Assembly: GCA_000092065.1 (NCBI GenBank)
Contig: CP000581.1
DNA: 64,000 nt
Strand: one strand, 5' to 3'
From: Ostreococcus lucimarinus
Taxonomy: Eukaryota
Positions 9,159 to 19,360 of the stretch are shown piece after piece. The position numbers and the translations under genes are program-made. Numbering within the stretch: position 1 is the stretch's first letter; each line of letters begins with the position of its first letter. The notes beneath the pieces were generated by a model. The model was not told the origin of the DNA. It did no database searches and was given only the letters and a program-made list of their open reading frames with translations.

Positions 9159-12100
9159 ATGGGCGTCTACGACGACGACGACGCCATGCGCGTCGACTCC
9201 AGAGAAGACGACGAGGAAGAAGAGATCGGACAGGTGCGTTTGAACGCCCGCGCGCGACGCGCGAGCGCGCGAAGGCGACGCGAAGGCGCCGAGATCACCG
9301 AACGACGCCCGCGATCGACGCCGCATTCGTCGCGAATGCGTCGTCTTTCGCGACGCTCGCGCGGATTCGAGCGCGCGCGGACGGTCGCGTGGACGCGACG
9401 TCGCATCCGTGGTCGCGCGCGGTGACGAAACGCGCGCGGAGGAGGCGCGCGAGGACGAAGATCGCGGAAAAAGATCAGAGACTGACCGAATCTCACTCGT
9501 TTTCGGAGCGCGCAGGAAGACGCGTGGGTCGTCATCAGTTCCTTCTTCGAGGAGAAGGGTTTGGTGCGCCAACAACTCGACTCTTTCAATGAGTTCATCC
9601 AGCACACGATGCAAGAGATTGTCGGTGCGTGCGATCGAGCGAGACGCACGACGCGACGCGCGGGTAAAACGCGGGGTTTAGGGTAACGTATAAGATCGCG
9701 GAAACGAGAGACTGACGTGCTTTGGATTCGTTCGACGACGCAGATGAGATGCGGGAGATTGAGTTGACGCCAGAACATCAACACATGCCCGGACAGGATA
9801 TCGATTCGATGGAGAAGAAGACGTACAAGATTAGCTTTAACCAGATTTACCTCAGCAAGCCGATGGTGACCGAGGCGGATGGATACACCACAACGCTGTT
9901 CCCAAAGGAAGCGAGATTGCGTAATCTCACGTATTCGGCGCCGTTGTACGTCGATATGGTGAAGGAAGTCACGACGGTGCAACCGGACGGGGAAACGACG
10001 GTGGAGAAGGAGATTTTGAACAAAAACTTCATCGGCAAGGTTCCGATTATGCTGCGCTCTGATTACTGTTCGCTTCACGGACACACGGACAAGGAGTTGA
10101 CCGAGCTCGGGGAGTGCCCGTACGATGAGGGTGGTTATTTCGTCATCAACGGTAGCGAGAAGGTGCTCATCGCGCAGGAGCGTATGAGTACAAACCACGT
10201 GTACGTGTTCGAGAAGAAGCAACCGAGCAAGTTTATGTGGCAGGCTGAGTGCCGCAGTCAACCGGAGCGCGGGTCTCGCGGCGCGAGCTCGTGCGTGATG
10301 CGACAACTTCACGCCCCGGGGACTAAGGACGCGCCTGGTCCGATTCGATGTACGCTACCGTACATTCGAACGGATATTCCCATCTTCGTCGTGTTCCGCG
10401 CTCTCGGCTTCGTCGCAGACAAGGATATCTTGGAGCACATCGTGTACGATCTCGCGGACAATGAAATGATGGAGATGTTGAGGCCGTCTATCGAAGAGGC
10501 TTTCGTGATCCAATCGCAAGAAGTGGCGCTCGATTTCATCGGTAAGCGTGGATCCGCCGTCGGCGTTTCTCGCGAGAAGCGGATCAAGTACGCAAAGGAG
10601 ATTTTGCAAAAAGAGCTACTTCCCCACGTCGGCGTGCGTGAGGATTGCGAAACGAAGAAGGCGTACTTTTTGGGTTACATGATTCACCGTTTGTTGCTGT
10701 GCTCTCTCGGACGCCGTCCGGAAGACGATCGTGATCACTACGGCAATAAGCGTTTGGATCTCGGCGGTCCGTTGTTGGCACAATTGTTCCGACAATTGTT
10801 CCGCAAACTTACCAAGGACGTGCGTCTGTACTGCCAACGCTGCATTGACAGCGGCAAGGAAATTCAGCTCCAGCTCGCGATCAAGGCGAAAACGATCACT
10901 CAGGGCTTGAAGTATTCCCTCGCCACCGGTAACTGGGGATCGCAAGGAGCTGCAGATATTCGGGCAGGTGTCAGCCAAGTGCTAAACCGCCTTTCGTATT
11001 CGTCCACCTTGTCGCATCTTCGTCGCATCAACTCTCCGATCGGTCGTGAGGGTAAATTGGCCAAGCCTCGTCAGCTGCACAACTCATTGTGGGGTATGAT
11101 TTGTCCCGCGGAGACTCCCGAAGGCCAAGCTGTCGGTTTGGTGAAGAACCTCGCGCTCATGGCTCTCGTTTCCGTCGGTTCTCCCTCGGAGCCGATCTTG
11201 GAGTTCTTGGACGAGTGGACCATGGAAAACTTGGAAGAAATCTCTCCGTCGTTGATTGCTGAGTCGACGAAGATTTTCCTGAACGGCGTGTGGGTTGGCG
11301 TGCATCGGAACCCGGCGGATTTGGTCAGAACGCTGCGCAAGCTTCGCCGTCAGTGTGACATCGATTCTTCAGTGAGTGTCGTGCACGACATTCGGTTGAA
11401 AGAGCTTCGATTGTACACCGATTACGGTAGATGTACGCGTCCGCTCTTCATCGTCGAGGACGATCAAAAACTCAAGATCAAAAAGCAACACATCGAATTG
11501 TTGACGGAGAAGGACGTCACAGGGTACACCTGGAACGAACTCGTCACGTCGGGTTTTATCGAGTACGTCGACACTGAAGAAGAGGAAACGACCATGATTT
11601 CCATGACCATCGATGATCTTGTTGCCGGTCGCCACGCGGTCGAGCAAAACACCGGCGTTGCGATCAACTACACGCACTGCGAGATTCACCCGTCGATGAT
11701 TCTTGGCATCTGTGCCTCCATTATTCCCTTCCCCGACCACAACCAGTCGCCGCGTAACACTTATCAAAGTGCGATGGGTAAGCAAGCGATGGGGATGTAC
11801 GTGACGAACTACCAAATCCGCATGGATACCCTCGGTTACGTCATGTTTTACCCGCAAAAGCCACTTGTCACGACGCGCGCCATGGAATACTTGCACTTCC
11901 GCGAGCTTCCCGCTGGTTGCAACGCCGTTGTCGCCATCATGTGCTACACCGGTTACAACCAAGAAGATTCCGTGCTCATGAACCAAAGCGCCATCGATCG
12001 CGGCTTGTTCCGTTCTCTCTACTACAGATCGTTCAAAGACGAGGAGAAGAAGCAAGGCAGCTTGAGCCGAGAAGAGTTCGAGAGACCAGACAGAGACACG

Positions 12101-13111
12101 TGCTTGGGTATGCGTCACGGCACTTACGACAAACTCGATGACGATGGTTTGATTTGCCCGGGTACGCGCGTGAGTGGTGATGATATCATCATCGGTAAGA
12201 CGGCGCCGCTTCCCGAAGATGACACCGCCGTGCTGTCCAAGCGCTTCTCGAAGAAGGATTGCTCCACGGGCATGAAGCACGCGGAGACTGGCATCATCGA
12301 TCAAGTGCTGCTCACGACGAACGATCAAGGTTTACGTTTCGTCAAGCTTCGCGTCCGCTCGATGAGAACGCCGCAGGTTGGCGACAAGTTTTCTTCGCGT
12401 CACGGGCAGAAGGGTACCGTCGGCATGACGTACACGCAAGAAGACATGCCGTTCACGTGCGAGGGTATCACGCCCGATATCATCGTGAACCCTCACGCTA
12501 TTCCTTCGCGGATGACAATCGGTCAGCTCGTGGAGTGTATCATGGGCAAGGTTGCGGCGTGCATGGGCAAGGAAGGGGACGCTACGCCATTCACCCCGGT
12601 TACTGCAGAAGACATCTCTTCGATGCTGCACAAGTGTGGCTACCAAAAGCGTGGTAACGAAGTCATGTACAACGGTCACACGGGGCGCATGCTGGACGCG
12701 CAAATCTTCATCGGTCCGACGTATTACCAGCGCTTGAAGCACATGGTAGACGATAAGATTCACTCGCGCGGGCGCGGGCCGGTGCAAATCTTGACTCGTC
12801 AACCGATGGAGGGCCGCTCGAGAGATGGTGGTCTTCGTTTCGGGGAAATGGAACGAGATTGCATCATGAGTCATGGTGCTGCCTCTTTCCTCAAGGAACG
12901 ATTGATGGATCAATCCGACGCTTACAGAATCCACGTTTGCCAAAAGTGCGGGTTGATTGCCGTGGCCAACTTGAAGAACCAAACGTTTGAGTGCTGCAAG
13001 AACCCGAGCGAACGTACGTCGGTCGTCCAAGTCATGGTTCCGTACGCTTGCAAACTTCTGTTCCAAGAGCTCATGAGTATGGCGATCGCCCCGAGACTCA
13101 TCACCGGTTAA
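9159..13111 (+). CDS. RPB2: DNA-directed RNA polymerase II second-largest subunit RPB2. Exons 9159..9233, 9516..9624, 9744..13111.
   Basis: Exon 1 [25 protein letters not shown]|GTGCGT. Exon 2 [36 protein letters not shown] matches human [29 protein letters not shown]. Exon 3 is the 1129-aa track ORF, near-identical to RPB2 throughout ([29 protein letters not shown]...). Introns carry CTGAC branch and CAG acceptor. Confidence 0.95.
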
Positions 13112-13174
13112 CGCCGGAATATTAGAAAAACGCAAAAAAAAAATTGTTAGAAATCACGAACCGTTAGCCTTCAA

Positions 13175-13801
13175 CTACAACACTCTCGCCGCCTCTAAGT
13201 TCAGCGCGCACACACCACGCATGAACGCCCGCCGAACTTCCGACTCCGAATCATTGCGATCGCCGCTCGCGTTCGCACAAACGGCCGCAGGGTGTCGCTT
13301 TCGCGGCGCGAGTTTGGCCACGGCGTCGTCGCACCGTTCGCGGTAGAACGTCGTCTCGCGAGTCAACGTCTCTTCGCGCTTTGAAACTTTCACACGAGAT
13401 GCTCGCCGCAAAGCGCGCCACGCATCGAGCACCGATCGTTTCGTGCGTAAACGTGCTTCGCGCGCTCGCGCGCGTTCTTCTCGTCCCACGTGAACCGCTT
13501 CGCGCCATCGCCGAAGCAGTCTGCGCGCCTCGTCGCGTCGCGCGCGCCGGGCCAACGCCTCCGCGCACCGCGTCGTCTGCATCCTCGCCCGCGCGCACCA
13601 CGCTCGCCACCGCGTCGTCTCTTCATTCGCCGTCCGCAAGCTCTCGTCCCCCTGCGCGTCCCGCCGTCGCGCGTTCGTCTCCACCGCTCGCGCGCACTCG
13701 CGCACCGCCACCGCCAGCGCGCGCTCGAGCTCGCGAAACGTCGTCAGCAATCCCGCGTCGTTCGTCGCGCGCTCGTCCTTCCGCCGTCGACTCGACTCCA
13801 T
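13175..13801 (-). CDS. Hypothetical Arg-rich coiled-coil protein (C-terminal ..RRAFMRGVCALNLEA.. motif)
   Basis: 208-aa ORF. Competes with an in-frame 5' extension of the plus-strand TrmA-like ORF over 13381..13801, so uncertain. Confidence 0.4.
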   Translation of the reverse strand: MESSRRRKDERATNDAGLLTTFRELERALAVAVRECARAVETNARRRDAQGDESLRTANEETTRWRAWCARARMQTTRCAEALARRARRDEARRLLRRWREAVHVGREERARAREARLRTKRSVLDAWRALRRASRVKVSKREETLTRETTFYRERCDDAVAKLAPRKRHPAAVCANASGDRNDSESEVRRAFMRGVCALNLEAARVL

Positions 13802-13947
13802 CGCGCGCGGCGCCCGGACCGTTCGTCGGACCGCGGACCGTTCGGTCGTCGGATCGCTCGCGCCGTTCGCGCGCGACAGAGCGCCGCCGTCGCGCGTCGG
13901 TCAATGCCGACGCGTCGTTTCGTCTCCCGCCATTGACCGCCGCCGCG

Positions 13948-15090
13948 ATGGCGGCCTCGAGTCCGAGCTATCACGGCTCGCGCGCGCTCGACGCCGACGC
14001 GTACGAGCGCCAGCTCGAGGAGAAGGTTGCCGAAATCGCGCGCGCGTTCGCGCCGTTCGTCGACGCGTCGCGCGCGCGCGTCGCGCGCTCGGAAATCGTC
14101 GAGTTCCGCTCGAGGGTACGGTTTCAAGTCGTTCGCGACGTTGACGGCGCGTCGCGCTACGCGATGTGGGACAGAGGCGCGCCGACGGTGATGGTGGATG
14201 ATTTTCCCATGGCGCGACGGGCGATCCGAGACGTGATGGGGCGATTGCTGCGCGAGGCGAGCGCGGTGGCGGCGCTGCGGGACGGGCTCGAGGCGACGCA
14301 CTTTTTGTGCGGCGTCGCCGAAGGCAAGGTGTTGGCGACGCTCGTGTACTCGACACCGATCAACGTCGACGCGTGGACGCTCGCGGCGCGTCGTTTACTC
14401 GCGACGAAGTTCGACGACGTGTCGCTCGAACTCATGGGACGATGCAAGGGCGTCGTCGCGAAGACGGGGGATGATTTCGTGTGGGAAGAGTACGAGCTCG
14501 GCGACGGTTCGGTGTTGACTTACAAACACACCGAGGGCGCTTTTTCGAATCCTAATCGAACGATCACGATCGCCACGATGGAGTTCTTGCGCGATGCGGC
14601 GAAGAAGAAGTTCTCGAGGCGAAAGATGCTACTAGAGCTGTATTGCGGCAACGCGAATCATACGTGCGCGCTCGCGAATTTGTACGAGCGCGTTGTCGCG
14701 GTTGAAGTAAACCCCGTTTTAGTCGATGCCGCGCGAGAGAGTCTGGACATGAACTCGGTGTCGAACGTCGATATAATTTTGAGTCCGAGCGAGAGCGTCG
14801 CCAAAAGTTTGCTGCGCGGAAAGTTCAAAGACGCAGCCGGCGCTACGATTCGCGTCGAAGACTTTGACGCCGTCCTCGTCGATCCACCTCGAGCGGGTCT
14901 CGACGCCGACACGTTGGCGCTCGTGTCCCAGATCGATCACGTGCTGTACGTGTCGTGTGGACCTGAAAACTTGCTCGCCAACATCAGGGATGGACTGGAC
15001 GCAACACACGCGGTCGACGATTTCATAGTATTGGATCATTTCCCGTGGACGCGACACATCGAAGTCGCCGTATCCATGCGCAAGCGTTAG
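13948..15090 (+). CDS. tRNA (uracil-5)-methyltransferase, bacterial TrmA-type
   Basis: Collinear with E. coli TrmA from the ATG at 13948: YERQLEEKVAEIARAFAPF ~ YEAQLAEKVVRLQSMMAPF. ELYCGNANHTCALA ~ ELYCGNGNFSLALA. VDPPRAGLD. DHFPWTRHIEVAV ~ DQFPYTHHMECGV. Confidence 0.85.
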   Translation: MAASSPSYHGSRALDADAYERQLEEKVAEIARAFAPFVDASRARVARSEIVEFRSRVRFQVVRDVDGASRYAMWDRGAPTVMVDDFPMARRAIRDVMGRLLREASAVAALRDGLEATHFLCGVAEGKVLATLVYSTPINVDAWTLAARRLLATKFDDVSLELMGRCKGVVAKTGDDFVWEEYELGDGSVLTYKHTEGAFSNPNRTITIATMEFLRDAAKKKFSRRKMLLELYCGNANHTCALANLYERVVAVEVNPVLVDAARESLDMNSVSNVDIILSPSESVAKSLLRGKFKDAAGATIRVEDFDAVLVDPPRAGLDADTLALVSQIDHVLYVSCGPENLLANIRDGLDATHAVDDFIVLDHFPWTRHIEVAVSMRKR

Positions 15091-15252
15091 GTAGTTTAGA
15101 GAAATCCAATGTAGGTAGAACGGTAGTACAACATAAGCAATTCTTTTAGTAGTCACATCGAAGTCGCCGTATCCATGCGCAAGCGTTAGGTAGTTTAGAG
15201 AAATCCAATGTAGGTAGAACGGTAGTACAACATAAGCAATTCTTTTAGTAGT
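15055..15252. repeat. Perfect 99-bp direct tandem duplication (15055..15153 = 15154..15252) covering the last codons, stop codon and 3' flank of the TrmA-like gene
   Basis: The string cacatcgaagtcgccgtatccatgcgcaagcgttaggtagtttagagaaatccaatgtaggtagaacggtagtacaacataagcaattcttttagtagt occurs twice, back to back. Confidence 0.9.
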
Positions 15253-15262
15253 CTAGTTAGGG

Positions 15263-17089
15263 TCATCCCTGGTCCATATCGCCGAGCGCGGCGCCAGACT
15301 CGCTCGCGTAAGCGTTCGATTTGTGCTTTGGCTGAAATGCGAATCCTTCAGGCGGCGGGCCGAGGAGCATTGTGGAGATCTTCACCCAATCGCTACTCGC
15401 CTCGCTCGCCATGAGTGTCTCCAAATCGTCCCGTCCAACAAACGCCGGTGGGCGCTGTGTCATCGCGGCAGCGCCGTAACTGTGATCCAACAACCCGATG
15501 GGGGTGTAGCGATACGTAAACGACATCCACTCGAGCAAATATTTGCGCGTCGACTCCACGCCTCGCGTGTCGCTTCCCCAGTGTTCGAGCCCGAAAGAGG
15601 CGAATGATTTCAAAATATCGAATCGCTCACGCGACGAAATGTCCCAGTCGCGACGCTCTTTGATTTCGGTGAACAGCCACGGCTTGATGAGCGCGCCGCG
15701 AGCGAGCATGCACGTGTCCACGGAGTGTTCCTCCAGATGGGTGTAGTAATCCTTTTGCATGTATACATCGCCGTTACCTATCAAAGGTACCGAGCTCGAC
15801 TCTTTTGTTAATTTGGTGTACTCCCAATCCGCCACGCTCCGGTATCGCTGCGCGCGCGTGCGTCCGTGAAGCGTCATCGCCGCCGCGCCCCATTCGGCGA
15901 CTTTCGGCGCAAACGTGTGCGCGACTCGACTTTTATCGGTGTACGCCATGCGCGTTTTGAACGTTAGCGAACACTTGCCAAGCGCCGCGCTGGCAGCACG
16001 AATGACTGTTTCCATCTTCTTGGGTTTCTCGAGCATCATCGACCCGTATCCTTTCTGGCACACGGAGTCGATCGGGCACCCCATGTTGATGTCTATAAAG
16101 TCGACGTCTATCGTGTCTTCGAGTAATTGGCAGCACCTGGTGACTGAGTCTGGGTAACCACCACATATCTGCACCCCAAAAATGTCTTCGCTCTTATGAC
16201 GACGAAGAAGCGCCCACTCACTCGGGAGTCCTTGCAGTAAACTCGTACACAACGCCATCTCACCGCACGTGATGTCGGCGCCAAGCGTCTTGCAAACGCG
16301 ACGAAACGGTAAATTTCCGACCGTCGTCAAAGGAGCTAGGTACAGCTTGTCTTTGAAGTCGATTGTTCTCTTCTCTTCGACGCGCGCTTTCGTAAACGCA
16401 CCCGTATCCGTACGGTTTTCTTCGTCGACTTTTGCGCGTTTCGCCGCGCTCTCCTCGCCCGCTTTCGTCTGCTCATCCTTTTTCGTCTCCATCGCCCTCA
16501 ACACTTCCTTCACGATCGTATCCGCCCTAGAAAAATCATACTTCTTCTTGCGTAACCGCACCATCACGTCCTTGTCCACGAAATTCATCTCCTTCTCCAC
16601 CGTCTTCGGCGGCTCGAGCGTCGTCGTCGACTCGGCAACCGTCGCGCCGTCCCGACCCTCCCCCGTCGCGTGCGTTCCGTAATATCGACAACGCACCCCG
16701 TACGGGCACCCGCCCTCTTTATTCACGAACGTGCACGTCCCCGGCAAATCGGGAGGTTTCGTCTTCAAAAACGCGTCGACGTCGTGCGAATATTTACACG
16801 CGTCGCCAAAGGCGCACTTTCCCTCGCGCGTCAACTGATTGCACAGCCCGCGCTCGCGCGGCTTATCCGCGCGCGACTTTTCGGCGAACTTGGCGCGTTT
16901 GTTGAACGCGCCGAACGTGCCGCCGCCCGAGATCGGCGCGGCGTCGCCGGCGTCGGCGTGGGTCGCCGCATCGAGCGGCGGCGGTGGTCTGGGCTCGACG
17001 AGAAACTCGCGCTTGACGACGACGGTACCGCTCGCGAAGAGCTCCGCGGACGTGGGCGGAGTCCACGGCGCGCCGACGTCGCTCGACAT
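15263..17089 (-). CDS. tRNA-dihydrouridine synthase 3-like (DUS3) with two N-terminal CCCH zinc fingers
   Basis: CCCH fingers CNQLTREGKCAFGDACKYSHD and CTFVNKEGGCPYGVRCRYYGTH. Dus catalytic region LAPLTTVGNLPFRRVC..., DINMGCP, TLHGRTRAQRY. Confidence 0.9.
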   Translation of the reverse strand: MSSDVGAPWTPPTSAELFASGTVVVKREFLVEPRPPPPLDAATHADAGDAAPISGGGTFGAFNKRAKFAEKSRADKPRERGLCNQLTREGKCAFGDACKYSHDVDAFLKTKPPDLPGTCTFVNKEGGCPYGVRCRYYGTHATGEGRDGATVAESTTTLEPPKTVEKEMNFVDKDVMVRLRKKKYDFSRADTIVKEVLRAMETKKDEQTKAGEESAAKRAKVDEENRTDTGAFTKARVEEKRTIDFKDKLYLAPLTTVGNLPFRRVCKTLGADITCGEMALCTSLLQGLPSEWALLRRHKSEDIFGVQICGGYPDSVTRCCQLLEDTIDVDFIDINMGCPIDSVCQKGYGSMMLEKPKKMETVIRAASAALGKCSLTFKTRMAYTDKSRVAHTFAPKVAEWGAAAMTLHGRTRAQRYRSVADWEYTKLTKESSSVPLIGNGDVYMQKDYYTHLEEHSVDTCMLARGALIKPWLFTEIKERRDWDISSRERFDILKSFASFGLEHWGSDTRGVESTRKYLLEWMSFTYRYTPIGLLDHSYGAAAMTQRPPAFVGRDDLETLMASEASSDWVKISTMLLGPPPEGFAFQPKHKSNAYASESGAALGDMDQG

Positions 17090-17188
17090 GCGCGCGGAGA
17101 AGCGCCGCGGCGGCGCGCGCGGCGCTGTGTGTCGTAACCGACTCTCTACACCTAATCGCTACAAAGACGCCGCGCTAACCGCGCCAAT

Positions 17189-18067
17189 TTAATTTTTCCT
17201 ACGGCGTAATTTTCGCGCGCGCGCGCCGCTCGCGGCGCACCGATCGTCGTCGTTTTCTTCGTCTCGTCCATCGACGACGTCGTCGTCGTCGTCGAGATGG
17301 ACGCGAACGTCGGCGCGCGTCGCGACGCTCGATTCCGGCGCCGCGCGCTTTTTCGTCTTCGACTTGGCGTTCGCCGCCGCCGCGCGAGAGAATCGCGGTT
17401 TCGGCAACGCTTCGACGGACTCGCGTTCGACGTGTATCGTCGGTGTGTTCGGGTGCTCGTCGCCCGTCGCCGACGACGGACCGCGCGCGTTCGACACTCG
17501 CCCGCTACCGACGGTGAGCTCTTCGTCGAGCGCGTATCGCGTGTACTTGGCGGGATTCGCCACGTGATCCGGCACGCGGTCCACCGCGCTCGGCGCGCCC
17601 ACCGCGCGCGCGCGCTCGACCATCGACGTCACCCCGTTCATCGATCGACGCTCGCGCGCGTCGACGCCGAGCGCCAGGGCGTCGTCCTCGTCGAAATCCG
17701 CCTCGCCGTCCAGCGCGCGACACCGCCCGACGCTCGCCGCCAACCGCGTCATCTTCCGCGCGTCGTCGTCCCCCTCCTCGTCCGATTCCAGGCAATCCAA
17801 ATCGTCCCCGCATCTCTCGCTCGCGCTCTCGCTCGCGCTCTCGCCGTCGCCGCCGTCGCCGTCGCCGCCCCGTCGCGTCACCGCGTTCGATCGCGGTCGC
17901 CACCCGCCGCCGTCGCCGTCCCCGAACACCGCGCCGACGCGCGCGTGAAACGTCCCGTACTCGATCGTCTCCGTCGCGCCGCGCGACGTCGACGCGCGCG
18001 CCGATTCGCGATTCAAGCGATCCTTCGCGTCGCCCGCGTCGTCGTCCGCGCGCGCGCGCGTCGCCAT
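17189..18067 (-). CDS. Hypothetical acidic protein (Asp/Gly-rich; conserved-looking VPDHVANPAKYTRYALDEE motif, possibly TSSC4-like)
   Basis: 292-aa ORF, high GC3. Family assignment is a weak recollection only. Confidence 0.5.
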   Translation of the reverse strand: MATRARADDDAGDAKDRLNRESARASTSRGATETIEYGTFHARVGAVFGDGDGGGWRPRSNAVTRRGGDGDGGDGESASESASERCGDDLDCLESDEEGDDDARKMTRLAASVGRCRALDGEADFDEDDALALGVDARERRSMNGVTSMVERARAVGAPSAVDRVPDHVANPAKYTRYALDEELTVGSGRVSNARGPSSATGDEHPNTPTIHVERESVEALPKPRFSRAAAANAKSKTKKRAAPESSVATRADVRVHLDDDDDVVDGRDEENDDDRCAASGARARKLRRRKN

Positions 18068-18265
18068 CGCGTCGTCGTCGTCGTCCCGTTGTGTCCGCGC
18101 GACGCGTCGTCGTCGTCGTCGCGCGCGTCGACCGCGCCGCGCGTCGTCACCGCGCGTCGCGCGAACGCGCGCGCCGACGCGCGTGCGATTCGCCGGAAAC
18201 GTTCGCGCCCGTCACGCGCGCGCGCGTCCGCCGTCGCGCGTCGCCGCGATCGCGCGCGCGCGCGT

Positions 18266-18361
18266 CGATCGATCGATCGAACCCGATCGACGCGATCCGA
18301 ATCGATCGAATCGATCGAATCGATCGATTCGAGCATCGAATCGAATCGACCTCGAGGTCGA
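18266..18361. repeat. (GATC/GAATCGAT)n microsatellite tract ending in a 16-bp perfect palindrome TCGACCTCGAGGTCGA (18346..18361)
   Basis: Read directly from the sequence. Confidence 0.9.
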
Positions 18362-18480
18362 CCTCGCCCGCTCGACTCGGGGTGCTTGAATCCGGTATTG
18401 GGAATTTCCCGATGCGTATTGAAATCGGCGATTTTACACTGTTTGCCCATACGAAAAGCCTAATACGTCGATACGCCAAT

Positions 18481-18516
18481 ACGGTATCAGCTCGTATCGA
18501 TACGAGCTGATACCGT
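18481..18516. promoter_or_regulatory. Perfect 36-bp palindrome ACGGTATCAGCTCGTATCGATACGAGCTGATACCGT in the divergent promoter region
   Basis: The sequence is its own reverse complement. It sits in a locally AT-richer island between a minus-strand gene start (18067) and a plus-strand gene start (18583). Confidence 0.85.
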
Positions 18517-18582
18517 CGCGCGATCGCGAATCGCGATCGAACCGCGCGACGCACGACGACGCGCGCGATCCGACGCGCCGCG

Positions 18583-19161
18583 ATGACGCTCGCGACGACG
18601 ACGACGACGATGCCCCGCGCGCGCGCGATCGCGCCCCGACGCGCTCCGAAGACGACGCGCAAAATCGCGACGACGACGACGCGATCGACGGCGATCGACG
18701 CCGGCGATCGATTCGCGACGGCGACGCGGACGCTCGCGGCGGTGACGCTCGCGGCGACGCTCGCGATGCAACAACCGACGGACATCGCGCACGCGAAATC
18801 CGGCGCGGACGCGAACGTCGTCGAGAGATCGAGCGGGCTGTCGCCGATCAGCGATAAGGCGAAGTCGTACGGCGAAGAGATCGACGCGCGCGAGGCGGGC
18901 GATTACGAGAGCTCGAAGCGCGGGTCGTACAACGTGCGAGAAAAGTACGCGAAGAAGGCGCCGAAGGCGACGAAGAAGTTTGAACGACCGGTTCGGGAGG
19001 AAGCGGCGCCGAGGGCGAAGAAGGAATCCTCGGGCGGGGGGTTCGCGTTGCCGAGCTTTTCGTTGCCGAGCGTGTCGCTGCCGAGCCTGCCGAGCCTGCC
19101 GAGCTTCGGCGGCGACGCGGCGACGGAGGACGCGGCGCCGGCGGAGGCGGAGGCGTCGTGA
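18583..19161 (+). CDS. Hypothetical small protein with organellar-type (Ala/Thr/Arg-rich) presequence and a Lys-rich C-terminal half
   Basis: 192-aa ORF. AT-rich 3' flank (tttaataataaag). Confidence 0.5.
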   Translation: MTLATTTTTMPRARAIAPRRAPKTTRKIATTTTRSTAIDAGDRFATATRTLAAVTLAATLAMQQPTDIAHAKSGADANVVERSSGLSPISDKAKSYGEEIDAREAGDYESSKRGSYNVREKYAKKAPKATKKFERPVREEAAPRAKKESSGGGFALPSFSLPSVSLPSLPSLPSFGGDAATEDAAPAEAEAS

Positions 19162-19360
19162 GCGCGCGCGCGGCGAACGCGATGAAACGTCGCGAACGCG
19201 AACGCGATCGGCGCTCGACGCGACCGAACGCGTTTAATAATAAAGAAGCGCACACTTCGTCGACGCGTCGACGCTCGCCCCGCGCCGCGCGCTCGACGAA
19301 TGAGTGAAGACGACCGCGCGCGAGATTCCGCGACGCGCCGTCCGCGCGCGACGACGCGCG

